Shown: piece after piece, positions 48,419-57,179 of the stretch
Numbering within the stretch: position 1 is the first letter of the stretch
Layout of the letters: the number at the start of each line of letters is the position of its first letter
Assembly: GCA_044225365.1 (NCBI GenBank)
Contig: JBGAIQ010000035.1
Coordinates: forward strand, 1 to 57,179
Source: Planctomycetota bacterium
GTDB lineage: Bacteria > Planctomycetota > B15-G4 > JADJEK01
Length of the DNA: 57,179 nt
Direction of reading: 5' to 3'
Made by a program: the position numbers and the translations under genes
Notes under the pieces: model-generated
The model's database searches: none
What the model was told of the DNA's origin: nothing
The model's input: only the letters and a program-made list of their open reading frames with translations

Positions 48419-48565
48419 GAGGCCCGTGAGACTACGAAAAGGGCGACGCGATGCAACGTCGGGAATGACGCGCGCGGGCTCGCGGACCGCCCTACTCGCG
48501 GGGTCGAGAGGATATTCGCGCAGATGTTCGTCGCGATCGAATCGGTCGCGAAGCGCTCGCGCCCG

Positions 48566-49642
48566 TCAGCGCCGCGAGGCGAAACGGCGCTCGACGACCG
48601 CCTTCGCCGGCGGCTGGGCGCGCGTGGACCCGAGCTTGGCGGTCGCTGCCCCGATCAGTGCCGTGATGTTGGCTTCGGGCACGGCGAAGGGGACTTCGGG
48701 GCCCTGGTTCGACAGGATGAAGCCCGCTCCCGCCTCGTGGATGGCGCGGCGAGCCGCGAAGCGCACCCGCTCCTGACTCCACCGCAACAACATCAGGTTG
48801 TTCAGATTGCCGATGAGCGCGCGGCCCGGGCCGATCGCCTGCCGCATCGCGGGCAGCGAGTCCTTGGCCCCGACGAGGAAGGCGACGACGTCGAGATCCG
48901 AGAGGTGCTTCGCGAACGGAAGGGAATCCCCGACCAGTTCCAGGGCCTTCCATCCCTTCACCTCGGAGAGGACCTGCTGCATGCACGGTTTGGCGTCCGC
49001 GAGGAAGGTCTTCTCCGAGAGGATCGTCGCCGACGCGATACCCTCCGCGAAGACCACGAGATCACAACCCGCGTCGAGTTGCGCCTGCGCCCATCGTCCG
49101 CTGAACGCGACCATCTTCGCGAGCAGCGTCTTGAAATGCCGCGCGCGTTGCTCCGGCCAGTGCAGCATCAGGTCCATGAACTTGCCCGTGCCCATGAGGA
49201 GCGAGGGCAGCGAGAACGGACCGACGACGGCCCCGACGATCAGTTTGTCACCCTTGAATCGCCGGGCGAGCGCGGACGCGGCCTCGAGCGTGCGGCGCAG
49301 GTAGGGCACGGCCGTGGGATCGGGAACGACGAGTCGATCGATGTCCTCGTAGCGATCGATCGCCATCTTGTTCACCGACGGCGGCCCCTGATCGTGGAAG
49401 GTGAGTCCGGCACCGAAGGCGAGCACGTCCTGGACCACGTGAGGGAACGCGAAGACCGCGTCGTGCCCGTATTTCTCGACGAGTCGTTCCTGACCCTCCG
49501 CCAGTCGTTTCGGGTCGCGGAAGTAATCCTTCAGTTCGATTCCGAGCGCGATCGCGCCTTGCTGCAGCAAGACCGGCATCACCGGAGTGCGATCGACGGA
49601 CTCGTTCTTCACGGCCGCAACGATGCGTTCGAGCGACTTCAT
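48566..49642 (-). CDS. Uroporphyrinogen decarboxylase/MtaA-CmuA fold protein
   Basis: M.SLERI.A......DRTPV.P, VVGPFSL..LLMG, QLDAG.D, LIGNL, GFILS, VP..NI; ATGA-coupled to the upstream MCP-corrinoid gene. Confidence 0.85.
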   Translation of the reverse strand: MKSLERIVAAVKNESVDRTPVMPVLLQQGAIALGIELKDYFRDPKRLAEGQERLVEKYGHDAVFAFPHVVQDVLAFGAGLTFHDQGPPSVNKMAIDRYEDIDRLVVPDPTAVPYLRRTLEAASALARRFKGDKLIVGAVVGPFSLPSLLMGTGKFMDLMLHWPEQRARHFKTLLAKMVAFSGRWAQAQLDAGCDLVVFAEGIASATILSEKTFLADAKPCMQQVLSEVKGWKALELVGDSLPFAKHLSDLDVVAFLVGAKDSLPAMRQAIGPGRALIGNLNNLMLLRWSQERVRFAARRAIHEAGAGFILSNQGPEVPFAVPEANITALIGAATAKLGSTRAQPPAKAVVERRFASRR

Positions 49643-51201
49643 CGCTTGCCTCCCCGCGCGCCGTCCTTGGTGAGAGCATGGAAGTGTCGCACGAGGCGAA
49701 CCGCTTCCGACGGCGTTCGTCCGACTCCGTCGGCGCCGAAGCGCTCTCGCAATCGGGGATCGACGTGGAAGATCGCGCCGCCCGCGATCACCTTCACGTG
49801 CCGCAATCCGCGGCGATCGAGATCCTGGCGCAGCAGCGGAATCCACTTCGCCGTATGGAGCAGCAGCGTCGAGACGCCGATCACGCTGGCGCGGTGCTCC
49901 ACGGCCGCCTCGATGAGGCGCTCGTTCGAGACCGAGAGTCCGAGGTCGATCACCGACACGCCGTCGGCCCGCAGCGCGATCGTGACGATGCGCCGCCCCA
50001 GATCGTGGTAGTCCTCGAACGCGTTGCCGAGAACGACAACCGGAGCATCGGCCGCGGCCGTGCGCGGCTCGTCGCCGCGCCGCCGCTCGAGTTCGTCGAG
50101 GGCCTCGCGGAGGATCCAACTGTTCCGAAAGTGCGTTTCGAGCGGCGGGTCGATGCCCTTGCGCAAGGCAACCGACGAGAGGTGCGACGATGCAGAGGCG
50201 ATCCGTTCGAGGACCTCGTGCTCGTTCGACCCCGCGGCGAGTGCCGTCTCCAGCGCGCGCCTGCCCCGAGCGGGATCGTCGGTTTCGATCGCGCTCGCGA
50301 ATTCGGACTCGAAGCGATCGAGTCCCGAACGATCCACGAAACGCTCGCTCGGCGCGCGTCGACGCGCGCACTCGGCATCGATGCGTACGTTGGCGGCGGC
50401 AAGTTCGCTACCGAGCGCCTGCCCGGCGGCGCTCGCCATCTCCACGTGGCGCTCGACGCACTCGACCATTTCGTTGAGTTCGGTCTGTCGCCACGCGATG
50501 CCCTCGACCTCGTGGGAGGTTGCGACGAGGCGTCCCGCCTGGTCGCGAATCGTGGACGAACACGCCTCCAGCGCACCCACCGACTGCTTCGCCTGCTCGA
50601 GGCCGACTTTCGTCGATGCGAATCGCGAAGCCATCTGATCGAAGGCGCTCTTGATCGCCGTCATGTCGTCGGTGATCGAGTCGGAGATGCCCGTCGTGCG
50701 CCGGCTGAGGTTCCCGACCTCCGTCGCGACGACTCCGAATCCCGCGGCATCGGCGCTCCCCGCGCGTGTCGCCTCGATCCTGGCGTTCAGCGACAACAGC
50801 CCAGACTGGCGCGCGATCTCCGAGATCTCGGACGCGGACTTCCGAATGCGAGTGACGACGTCCATCAGCCCCGAGAAGCTCGACTCGAAGTCGGCGACGA
50901 TCGACGTGAACGCGCGCAGGACCTCGGCGGCCTCGCCGATGCTGCGCACGGTCGTTTCTGCGGTCGACTCGAGCGCATCGCTCGTGTCGCAGATCTGGTT
51001 CGTGACCGATTCGAATCCGCCGCCGCGCATCAATTGGATCGCGGACTTCAGCGCGTCCGCGGCCGCGCTGTTCGAGCTGACGCAATCCTCGGCGAGGCTG
51101 CGTTGCCGGTGGATGTCCCGCGCCGTTGCCTCGAGTGCCGAGTCGGACTCCGACTCGATACCGCTCGATGCGACGACTTCCCCGATCGATTGGATCGCCA
51201 T
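49639..51201 (-). CDS. Soluble methyl-accepting chemotaxis signalling domain fused to a C-terminal cobalamin-binding (cap + Rossmann) module
   Basis: MCP tip ISEIARQSGLLSLNARIEATRAG..AGFGVVATEVGNLS; B12 motif VVLG...DYHDLG..IV...L...G..VIDLG..V, GVSTLL, VIAGGA, GADG; no TM segments. Confidence 0.88.
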   Translation of the reverse strand: MAIQSIGEVVASSGIESESDSALEATARDIHRQRSLAEDCVSSNSAAADALKSAIQLMRGGGFESVTNQICDTSDALESTAETTVRSIGEAAEVLRAFTSIVADFESSFSGLMDVVTRIRKSASEISEIARQSGLLSLNARIEATRAGSADAAGFGVVATEVGNLSRRTTGISDSITDDMTAIKSAFDQMASRFASTKVGLEQAKQSVGALEACSSTIRDQAGRLVATSHEVEGIAWRQTELNEMVECVERHVEMASAAGQALGSELAAANVRIDAECARRRAPSERFVDRSGLDRFESEFASAIETDDPARGRRALETALAAGSNEHEVLERIASASSHLSSVALRKGIDPPLETHFRNSWILREALDELERRRGDEPRTAAADAPVVVLGNAFEDYHDLGRRIVTIALRADGVSVIDLGLSVSNERLIEAAVEHRASVIGVSTLLLHTAKWIPLLRQDLDRRGLRHVKVIAGGAIFHVDPRLRERFGADGVGRTPSEAVRLVRHFHALTKDGARGGKR

Positions 51202-51412
51202 GGCTGTGCCCCGTCCCGCGACCTCGCGACCGGGCGATGCGGGGAGATGAACTACGACACGGGGAAATGTCGACGAAATCGTCGTCAATTCTTGATCGTG
51301 ACCGGGGCGGCGCCCGGAGCGCCAGGTTCACGTGTTCAGAATTGAAACGGATGCGGGGGCGGTCGATGTGCGCCGGATGGGATTTCCGGGCGCACCGCCG
51401 TGCGCCCGCGCG

Positions 51413-53251
51413 TCATTTCAATTTCGGGAGTTCATCGCTCGCGAACTTGCGGACCTTTGCGTCGAGCGCGACCCAATCGGCCTCCGACTTCAGTCCGAGC
51501 AGCTCGCCGAGCTTCTGCCAGTAGCCTTCGCCCTTCGTCTCCGCCTCGATGTAGTCGTCGAGCACTTCGCGGTACTTGCCGCCCTCGGCGTGGTTCAAGT
51601 ACATGCAGAAGACCCAGCCGTAGGCGTAGATCTGGGAAACGAGCACCTGCGCCTTCTGCCCCTCCTCGCCGCCCGAGTTCGACTTCTTCTTCGCTTCCTC
51701 GAATTGATAGTTGTCGATCTTCACGAGCTGCAGCGTCGCGACGCCGAGTCCGGCTCCCTCGAGGAAGCTGTATTCGCCGTAGCGACCGGGAATGAACTGA
51801 TTCAGCACGTACGTCGTCTTCGGCGCGCCATCGGGTCCCGTGCCCTCGATCCTCTTGTGGCCCGCGAACAACTCTGCGATGCCCTCTTGGAGCCAGGGTG
51901 TCTGGTGGCTCGGCTGGAATCCCTTCCCCGAGAAAGCGTAGTGCACGAACATGTGGGTGCCTTCGTGGAAGAGCACCTGTTCGATCGTGAGTCCGGTCCC
52001 CCGCTCCGATGGCCGCCACATGATGAGGCGCTGCTCGCCCGGCGAGTAGTAGCCGCCGATGCCGGCAGGATCGGCATACCCCTCGTCCTTGTGATTCGCG
52101 ATGTGCGCGCTGTAGCTCTGCGTGCTGTCGAACATGATCACGCGGATCGGTCGTTCGATGTCGCGCTCCAGCTTGAATCTCTTCTCGTAGCGATCGAAGA
52201 ACGTCTCGTAGAGCGACTGCAGGATGGTCGCGTACTCGCTGCGGTACCGCTCGAGCTTCGCTTCGTCCTTCGGTCGCTGGATCGCAACGAAGAACGGTTG
52301 CGGCATCATCCCCTTGCCGTACGCGTACAGCCAGTCGGACTCGGGGTACTCCGCGATCATGCGACGCTTCTGCTCGTCGCAATTGCGAACGAACGCGTCC
52401 GCGGTCGTCGCGGACGTGCCGACGTTCGAATCGTCGTAGTCCTTCTCGATGGTCTCGGCGCGCTTCTGATCGACCTTGTCGAGCCAGCGACCGCGCAGCT
52501 TGCTCACCTTGCCGTCGTACTTGACGAAACCGAGCGCGGTACGCGCGGCAGCGTTGTCGGGATCGAGGACGAGGGCCTCACGCCGCAGCATGCGCGCTTC
52601 GGGCTGGAGTTCGTTCGCGTCGCAGAACGCCGCGAGTTCGACCCGCGACCTGGCGTCGCCCGGCAGGAGCCCCTTGCGCTTGCTCTCGTAGTCGGCGCGA
52701 GCGACCGCGGGATCGATCCCCTTCGGAGATGTCGCCGCGCCGTTGCCGGCCGCATTCTCCGCGGGCTTGCCGTTCGCCGCCGTCGCGTTCGACTGGGGCG
52801 ACGAGGAACTCGTCGCGCCGCCCGGTTGCTTGCCGCTGCTCGCATCGCCGCCGCTGCCGCTCATCACGTAGGCCAGCACGCCACCCACGACCACGACGCC
52901 AAGGACGATGAGACCGACCTTCGCGCCCGACTTCCCCTTCGGAGCCGCTGCATCGTGAGCGTGCGCGCGAGCGCGTGCGCCGCGCGAGGCGACCTTCGAA
53001 CTCGGCTGGCGACGACCGGCGCGATCCGCGGGCGGCCGCTTCGGCGGCAGCGGTGCGGCGCACTCTTCCTGAGATTGCGCTTCTCGCGCTTCGGCCTCGT
53101 CCGGCGCCGATGGAACGGGAGGCGGCGCGATGCCGTCGCGAGCGGGGACCTCGACGATTCCGTCCTTGCACTGAGGACAACGGAACAGCGTGCCCGGCTT
53201 GCGCGCACTCACGTCGCTCCGTTGACCGCACTGCTTGCATGTCGCGAACAT
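51413..53251 (-). CDS. Zinc-ribbon / TM / DUF1570-like zincin metallopeptidase-domain protein
   Basis: N-terminal CKQC..CPQC; Pro/Ala linker; TM; IGGYY, VLFHEGTHM, PWLQEGIAELF, IYAYGW. Confidence 0.8.
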   Translation of the reverse strand: MFATCKQCGQRSDVSARKPGTLFRCPQCKDGIVEVPARDGIAPPPVPSAPDEAEAREAQSQEECAAPLPPKRPPADRAGRRQPSSKVASRGARARAHAHDAAAPKGKSGAKVGLIVLGVVVVGGVLAYVMSGSGGDASSGKQPGGATSSSSPQSNATAANGKPAENAAGNGAATSPKGIDPAVARADYESKRKGLLPGDARSRVELAAFCDANELQPEARMLRREALVLDPDNAAARTALGFVKYDGKVSKLRGRWLDKVDQKRAETIEKDYDDSNVGTSATTADAFVRNCDEQKRRMIAEYPESDWLYAYGKGMMPQPFFVAIQRPKDEAKLERYRSEYATILQSLYETFFDRYEKRFKLERDIERPIRVIMFDSTQSYSAHIANHKDEGYADPAGIGGYYSPGEQRLIMWRPSERGTGLTIEQVLFHEGTHMFVHYAFSGKGFQPSHQTPWLQEGIAELFAGHKRIEGTGPDGAPKTTYVLNQFIPGRYGEYSFLEGAGLGVATLQLVKIDNYQFEEAKKKSNSGGEEGQKAQVLVSQIYAYGWVFCMYLNHAEGGKYREVLDDYIEAETKGEGYWQKLGELLGLKSEADWVALDAKVRKFASDELPKLK

Positions 53252-53410
53252 CGAGACCCTCCGCATCGTTTCGTGGAACCGGCCGGCGCGGTTCGTCGAG
53301 CCCAGAGCGTAAAGGATTCCCTGGCCACGATGAAATCCCACCATCCGATCGGCGGTAGAGTAACGTACGAAATCCCTGCCCGGCTGCGATCCGCAGAAAG
53401 TCAGCAACGG

Positions 53411-54655
53411 ATGTACTCGAGTTCGAATCGCTCCCCGACGCCGATCCTCCAATGGATCGGCGGAGTCCTCTCCGCGCTGGCGTGGTGCCTCGCTCCCACC
53501 GCGTCCTTTGCGAGCAGCCTCGCGCGCCATCCGGGCCCGTCGGTCTGGGGCGAGATCACGATCGAGGACGATCATGTCCTCTTCCGACTCGAAGGCGCGG
53601 CCGATCCGTTCAAGACCTGCCTCGCACTCCCGCGCATCCCGATCGGACCCCTCGAGCCCGATCAACTCCAGGAGATCCGTACCTCGATCGAGAAGTTCGC
53701 GCACGACAAGCTCGTGATGAAGCTCGACGGCAAGAAGGTCGATCCGAAGATCGACACCCTCCACATCCAGGATGGCAAGCCCGACGAAGCGAGTTGGAAG
53801 TCCGCGTACTTCACGATGATCTATCCGAGCGCGGGACCGCCGCAGCACCTCACGGTCGTCTGGCCAGCGTTCGAGGGCGAAGGCGTCAACTACATCCCCA
53901 TCGTCATTCGCCGCGGCGCCAAGGGTTCGCCGCGTCAATTCCAGCTCTATCCCGAGGAACCCGAATACACCTGGCACGCCGATTCCGTCCGGCCGCGGAT
54001 CACCGGCGAGGTGAAGAAGCTCACCGGTCCGCGCGGAACGATCGATCTCCCGCTCGGCTCGCTCGCGGCGATCCTCCTCGCGGCGCTCTTCCTGTTCTTC
54101 GCGCCGAAGTTGCCGCGCTGGGTCGGGATCTTCGGATGCGGCGCGCTCCTGATCGCCGCGATCGCGATGAAGCCGATGTTCCATCGCAGCGTGCCCTGGC
54201 CCTTCGCGCATGCCGCGCCGCTGCCTTCGGAGAGCCAAGCGAAGGACCTCTTCAAGACGCTCAACGCGAACATCTATCGCGCCTTCGACGCCGAAACGGA
54301 GAGCGGCATCTACGACCTGCTTGCCGATTCGGTCGACGCCAAGCTGCTCGATGACCTCTACGGCCAGGTGTACGAGAGCCTCATCCTCCGCGAGCAAGGC
54401 GGCGCGATCTGCAATGTCGACTCCGTCGAGGACATCGACGGCAGCGTCGATCTCAACGCGTTTCCGAATTCCGATCCGCCGCAGTTCAAGGTGACGTGGC
54501 ACTGGCGCGTGATGGGCGCCGTCTCGCATTGGGGACACGTGCATCGGCGGATGAACGAGTACAAGGCCGATTTCGTCGTCGGCCACGACGGCGAGAGCTG
54601 GAAGATCTCGTCGGTCAAGGTCACCGAGCAGAAGCGCGTCGACGACTTCGAGTGA
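53411..54655 (+). CDS. Exported/membrane hypothetical protein associated with ABC transporter
   Basis: Signal peptide then AR-HP; two central TMs; NIYRAFD..TES.IYD.L, W.V.GAVSHWGHVH.R.N.Y. Confidence 0.75.
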   Translation: MYSSSNRSPTPILQWIGGVLSALAWCLAPTASFASSLARHPGPSVWGEITIEDDHVLFRLEGAADPFKTCLALPRIPIGPLEPDQLQEIRTSIEKFAHDKLVMKLDGKKVDPKIDTLHIQDGKPDEASWKSAYFTMIYPSAGPPQHLTVVWPAFEGEGVNYIPIVIRRGAKGSPRQFQLYPEEPEYTWHADSVRPRITGEVKKLTGPRGTIDLPLGSLAAILLAALFLFFAPKLPRWVGIFGCGALLIAAIAMKPMFHRSVPWPFAHAAPLPSESQAKDLFKTLNANIYRAFDAETESGIYDLLADSVDAKLLDDLYGQVYESLILREQGGAICNVDSVEDIDGSVDLNAFPNSDPPQFKVTWHWRVMGAVSHWGHVHRRMNEYKADFVVGHDGESWKISSVKVTEQKRVDDFE

Positions 54656-54674
54656 CGACGAAGGCGAAACCGAC

Positions 54675-55367
54675 ATGACCGCGTCGATCACGATCCGCGA
54701 TCTGGAGCATCGCTTCGGCGAAGGCGGCTTCGAACTGCGCATCCCCGCGCTCGACGTCGCGGGCGGCGAGCACGTCGCGATCATCGGACCGTCGGGTTCG
54801 GGCAAGAGCACGCTGCTCAATCTGATCGCAGGGATCCTCCTTCCATTTCGCGGGAGCGTCGTCGTCTCGAACGCGGAGTGGAAGCAACTCTCCGAATCGC
54901 GCCGCCGCGGCAAACGCATTCGCGAACTCGGTCTCGTCTTCCAGGAGTTCGAGCTGCTCGAGCACCTCAGCGTGCGCGAGAACGTGCTCCTGCCCTTCTA
55001 TCTGAATTCGGCGCTGCGCCTCGACGCCGCCGCGGAAGCCCGGAGCAGCGCGCTCCTCGAAGCAGCCGGCATCGAGCATCACGCCTCGAAGAAGCCGCGA
55101 GAGATGTCGCAGGGCGAGCGACAACGCGTCGCGCTGTGTCGCGCACTCGTCGCCCGCCCCGCGCTCCTGATCGCCGACGAGCCCACCGGCAACCTCGACC
55201 CGGAGAATGCAAGACGCGCGGTGGAACTCCTACGCACCGAAGCGCGGAAGGAGAAGAGCACCTTCCTCCTCGTCACTCACGACCATTCGCTGTTGCCCGG
55301 ATTCGATCGCGTGCTCGATCTCTCGCGGTTCAAGAACGCGGCGCGCGACGCGGACGGGGCGCGATGA
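54675..55367 (+). CDS. ABC transporter ATP-binding protein (LolD/MacB-like)
   Basis: GPSGSGKST, VFQEFELL, MSQGERQRV, ADEPTGNLD, VTHD. Confidence 0.93.
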   Translation: MTASITIRDLEHRFGEGGFELRIPALDVAGGEHVAIIGPSGSGKSTLLNLIAGILLPFRGSVVVSNAEWKQLSESRRRGKRIRELGLVFQEFELLEHLSVRENVLLPFYLNSALRLDAAAEARSSALLEAAGIEHHASKKPREMSQGERQRVALCRALVARPALLIADEPTGNLDPENARRAVELLRTEARKEKSTFLLVTHDHSLLPGFDRVLDLSRFKNAARDADGAR

Positions 55368-56530
55368 ACGGACCGCTGCTGCTCGCGTGGCGCCACCTCA
55401 CGCATCATCGGACGCGCACGCTCCTGCTCGCATTGTCGACCGCGCTCGCCTTCTTCCTACCGATCGCGGTCGAGCGACTCGTGACCCAGTACGGAGGCCG
55501 ATTGCGCGCGCGCGCGGCGGCGACGCCGCTCCTCATCGGCGCGAAGGGCAGTCGCTACGACCTCGCGCTCGCGTCGCTCTACTTCCGCGGCCGGGTCCCC
55601 GATCCGCTGCCGAACGGTTTCACCGATACGGTTCAGGACAGCGGACTCGCTCTCGCGATCCCGCTCGCGCTCGGCCGTACCGCGCAGGGATTCCCGCTCG
55701 TCGGCACCTCGCTCGACTACTTCGAGTTCCGCAGGCTCGAGCCCGCGGCAGGCACGTTGCCCCAGATCCTCGGCGACGCGGTGCTCGGCGCGAGCGTCGC
55801 TGCGGGGCTCGGGATCGGCGTCGGCGCTTCGGTGCTCTCCGACAAGGGCAACGTCTACGACCTCTCGCTCGCCTACCCGCTCAAGATGAGAGTGGTCGGC
55901 GTGCTCGCCGCGGCCGGCACACCCGACGATGGCGCGATCTTCGTCGACACCAAGACGGCGTGGATCGTCGACGGGATCGGTCACGGCCACGAGAGCGCGG
56001 CGAAGCAGGGCCCGAATCAGGTGCTCGAGAAGCAGGGCGAGAACGTCGCGCTCAACGCCTCGCTCGTCGAATTCGTCGAGATCACGCCAGAGAACATCGC
56101 GTCGTTCCACTTCCACGGCGATCCCGCAACGTTCCCGCTCTCGTCGCTCCTCGCGGTGCCGAACGACGCGAAGAGCTCGACATTGCTGAAGGGGCGCTTC
56201 CGCGTCGAGAAGGACGCCCAGATCCTGGTGCCGCAGGAGGCGATCGAGGAGATCCTCGGCTTCGTCTTCCAGTTGAAGAAGTTCTTCGACCTCAACGTGG
56301 TACTCGTCGCGATCGCGATGGCGTGCTTCCTCGCGCTCGTCGTCCTGCTCTCGCTCAAGGTGCGAGAGCGTGAACTCGAGACCTTGAAGAAGCTGGGCTG
56401 CGCCCGCGGCACCGCAGCGCTCATGGTGGTTTGGGAACTGCTCATCACGCTCGGCCTCGGCTTCACGCTCGCGATGCTCCTCGCGCTCGCCGCCGTCGGG
56501 GGCTTCGCCCGCTTCGTGCTGTCGCTCTGA
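55364..56530 (+). CDS. FtsX/MacB-like ABC permease
   Basis: ATGA overlap with the ATPase; LAWR.L, LLIGAKGS..DL, large periplasmic loop, RERE...LKKLG; C-terminal TMs. Confidence 0.88.
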   Translation: MNGPLLLAWRHLTHHRTRTLLLALSTALAFFLPIAVERLVTQYGGRLRARAAATPLLIGAKGSRYDLALASLYFRGRVPDPLPNGFTDTVQDSGLALAIPLALGRTAQGFPLVGTSLDYFEFRRLEPAAGTLPQILGDAVLGASVAAGLGIGVGASVLSDKGNVYDLSLAYPLKMRVVGVLAAAGTPDDGAIFVDTKTAWIVDGIGHGHESAAKQGPNQVLEKQGENVALNASLVEFVEITPENIASFHFHGDPATFPLSSLLAVPNDAKSSTLLKGRFRVEKDAQILVPQEAIEEILGFVFQLKKFFDLNVVLVAIAMACFLALVVLLSLKVRERELETLKKLGCARGTAALMVVWELLITLGLGFTLAMLLALAAVGGFARFVLSL

Positions 56531-56682
56531 ATCCGTCGGCTCGAAATGTCCTGGGGATGGTCGTCGAGGTACGAACCGTTCTGTGCGCCATCGTTCCCAA
56601 CGAGCCGGACTCTAATCCTCAAGTTCTCGAACCGCTCGTGGTACACTGGGTAGCGGAAAGCCACTGATGGAGGAGAGAGTTG

Positions 56683-57179
56683 ATGTGATCCAGCGAATTC
56701 GTTCGGTCGACCGTTCTCGCAACCCTCGTTGCTGCCTTTCCTATCGCCAGAACGGCGGCGGCCCAAGTTCCTGTCACACCCATCCTCGATCGAACAATTG
56801 CTCACCCTGACCTGCCCAACGCGTTGGAAGCGCGTTTTGGATATGCGTTCACGACTGGAGATGTCGAGACTCCCGTGCAGGGCGGGCTGGATGACGTCTT
56901 GATCGCAGCGATCGACGAGAGCCTGATGATCGGGGGCAGCCGCTATTCAAAGCTGGGTGCGTGCTACGCGTTCACCAACCAGAGTCTCAACCCGTTGTAC
57001 TCGGGTATCGGCTTGCCCAACAAATTGTTGCCCTCGGCGCCGCCTGGTCCGGACTACGAAATGGGCTACCTCGGCATCCAACTCGGAAAGCCACACGGGG
57101 GCGCCTCCAATCTCGCGCTCATGAGCGCATTCAAGCGGAACTACCCGACATCCTCGACCACCAACGTGCCCCAGGTCGG
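56683..57179 (+). pseudogene. 5' part of a secreted FG-GAP-like protein gene with in-frame TGA at codon 2; runs off the window
   Basis: GGAGGAG SD-N7-ATG TGA TCC AGC GAA TTC...; frame continues open to the edge: signal peptide STVLATLVAAFPIARTAAA|Q, ARFGYAFTTGDV...GLDDVLIAA. Confidence 0.55.

Noticed and set aside
48566-49642. hemE (true uroporphyrinogen decarboxylase)
   Set aside because: Lacks the RQAGR motif and sits with a corrinoid protein, not haem genes.
51332-54919. Overlapping 1107-aa (+) and 1168-aa (-) ORFs
   Set aside because: Each is a real gene (53411-54655 +; 51413-53251 -) extended by the antisense shadow of its divergent neighbour.

Overview
High-GC bacterial chromosomal segment, most likely from a Planctomycetota lineage. 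This is inferred from the gene content: BRCT/coiled-coil, HEAT, DUF1570-like, FG-GAP and Thr-type sulfatase proteins. Housekeeping genes are tRNA-Gln(TTG), cinA, tatC, coaE-rho, recG, aroA and tRNA-Gln(CTG). The window also holds a complete MoxR/DUF58/Bat operon, a sulfatase/FGE-fold cluster, a KamA-deoxyhypusine synthase divergon and two ABC transporter loci. The two most notable loci are (i) a soluble chemoreceptor (MCP) domain fused to a cobalamin-binding module and translationally coupled to an MtaA/UroD-fold protein lacking the usual catalytic residues (48.6-51.2 kb), and (ii) an orphan MamK-family actin paired with a coiled-coil protein and divergent from a stand-alone BY-kinase, with no magnetosome genes nearby (30.9-33.9 kb). 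Other oddities: both tRNA-Gln genes have an archaeal-type A1-U72 pair; a 131-bp AT-rich-ended palindrome sits in a tRNA-adjacent islet; Rho has a long R/G/D-rich extension; and a secreted-protein gene at the right edge has a stop at codon 2. All family assignments come from motif recognition by eye, not database searches.
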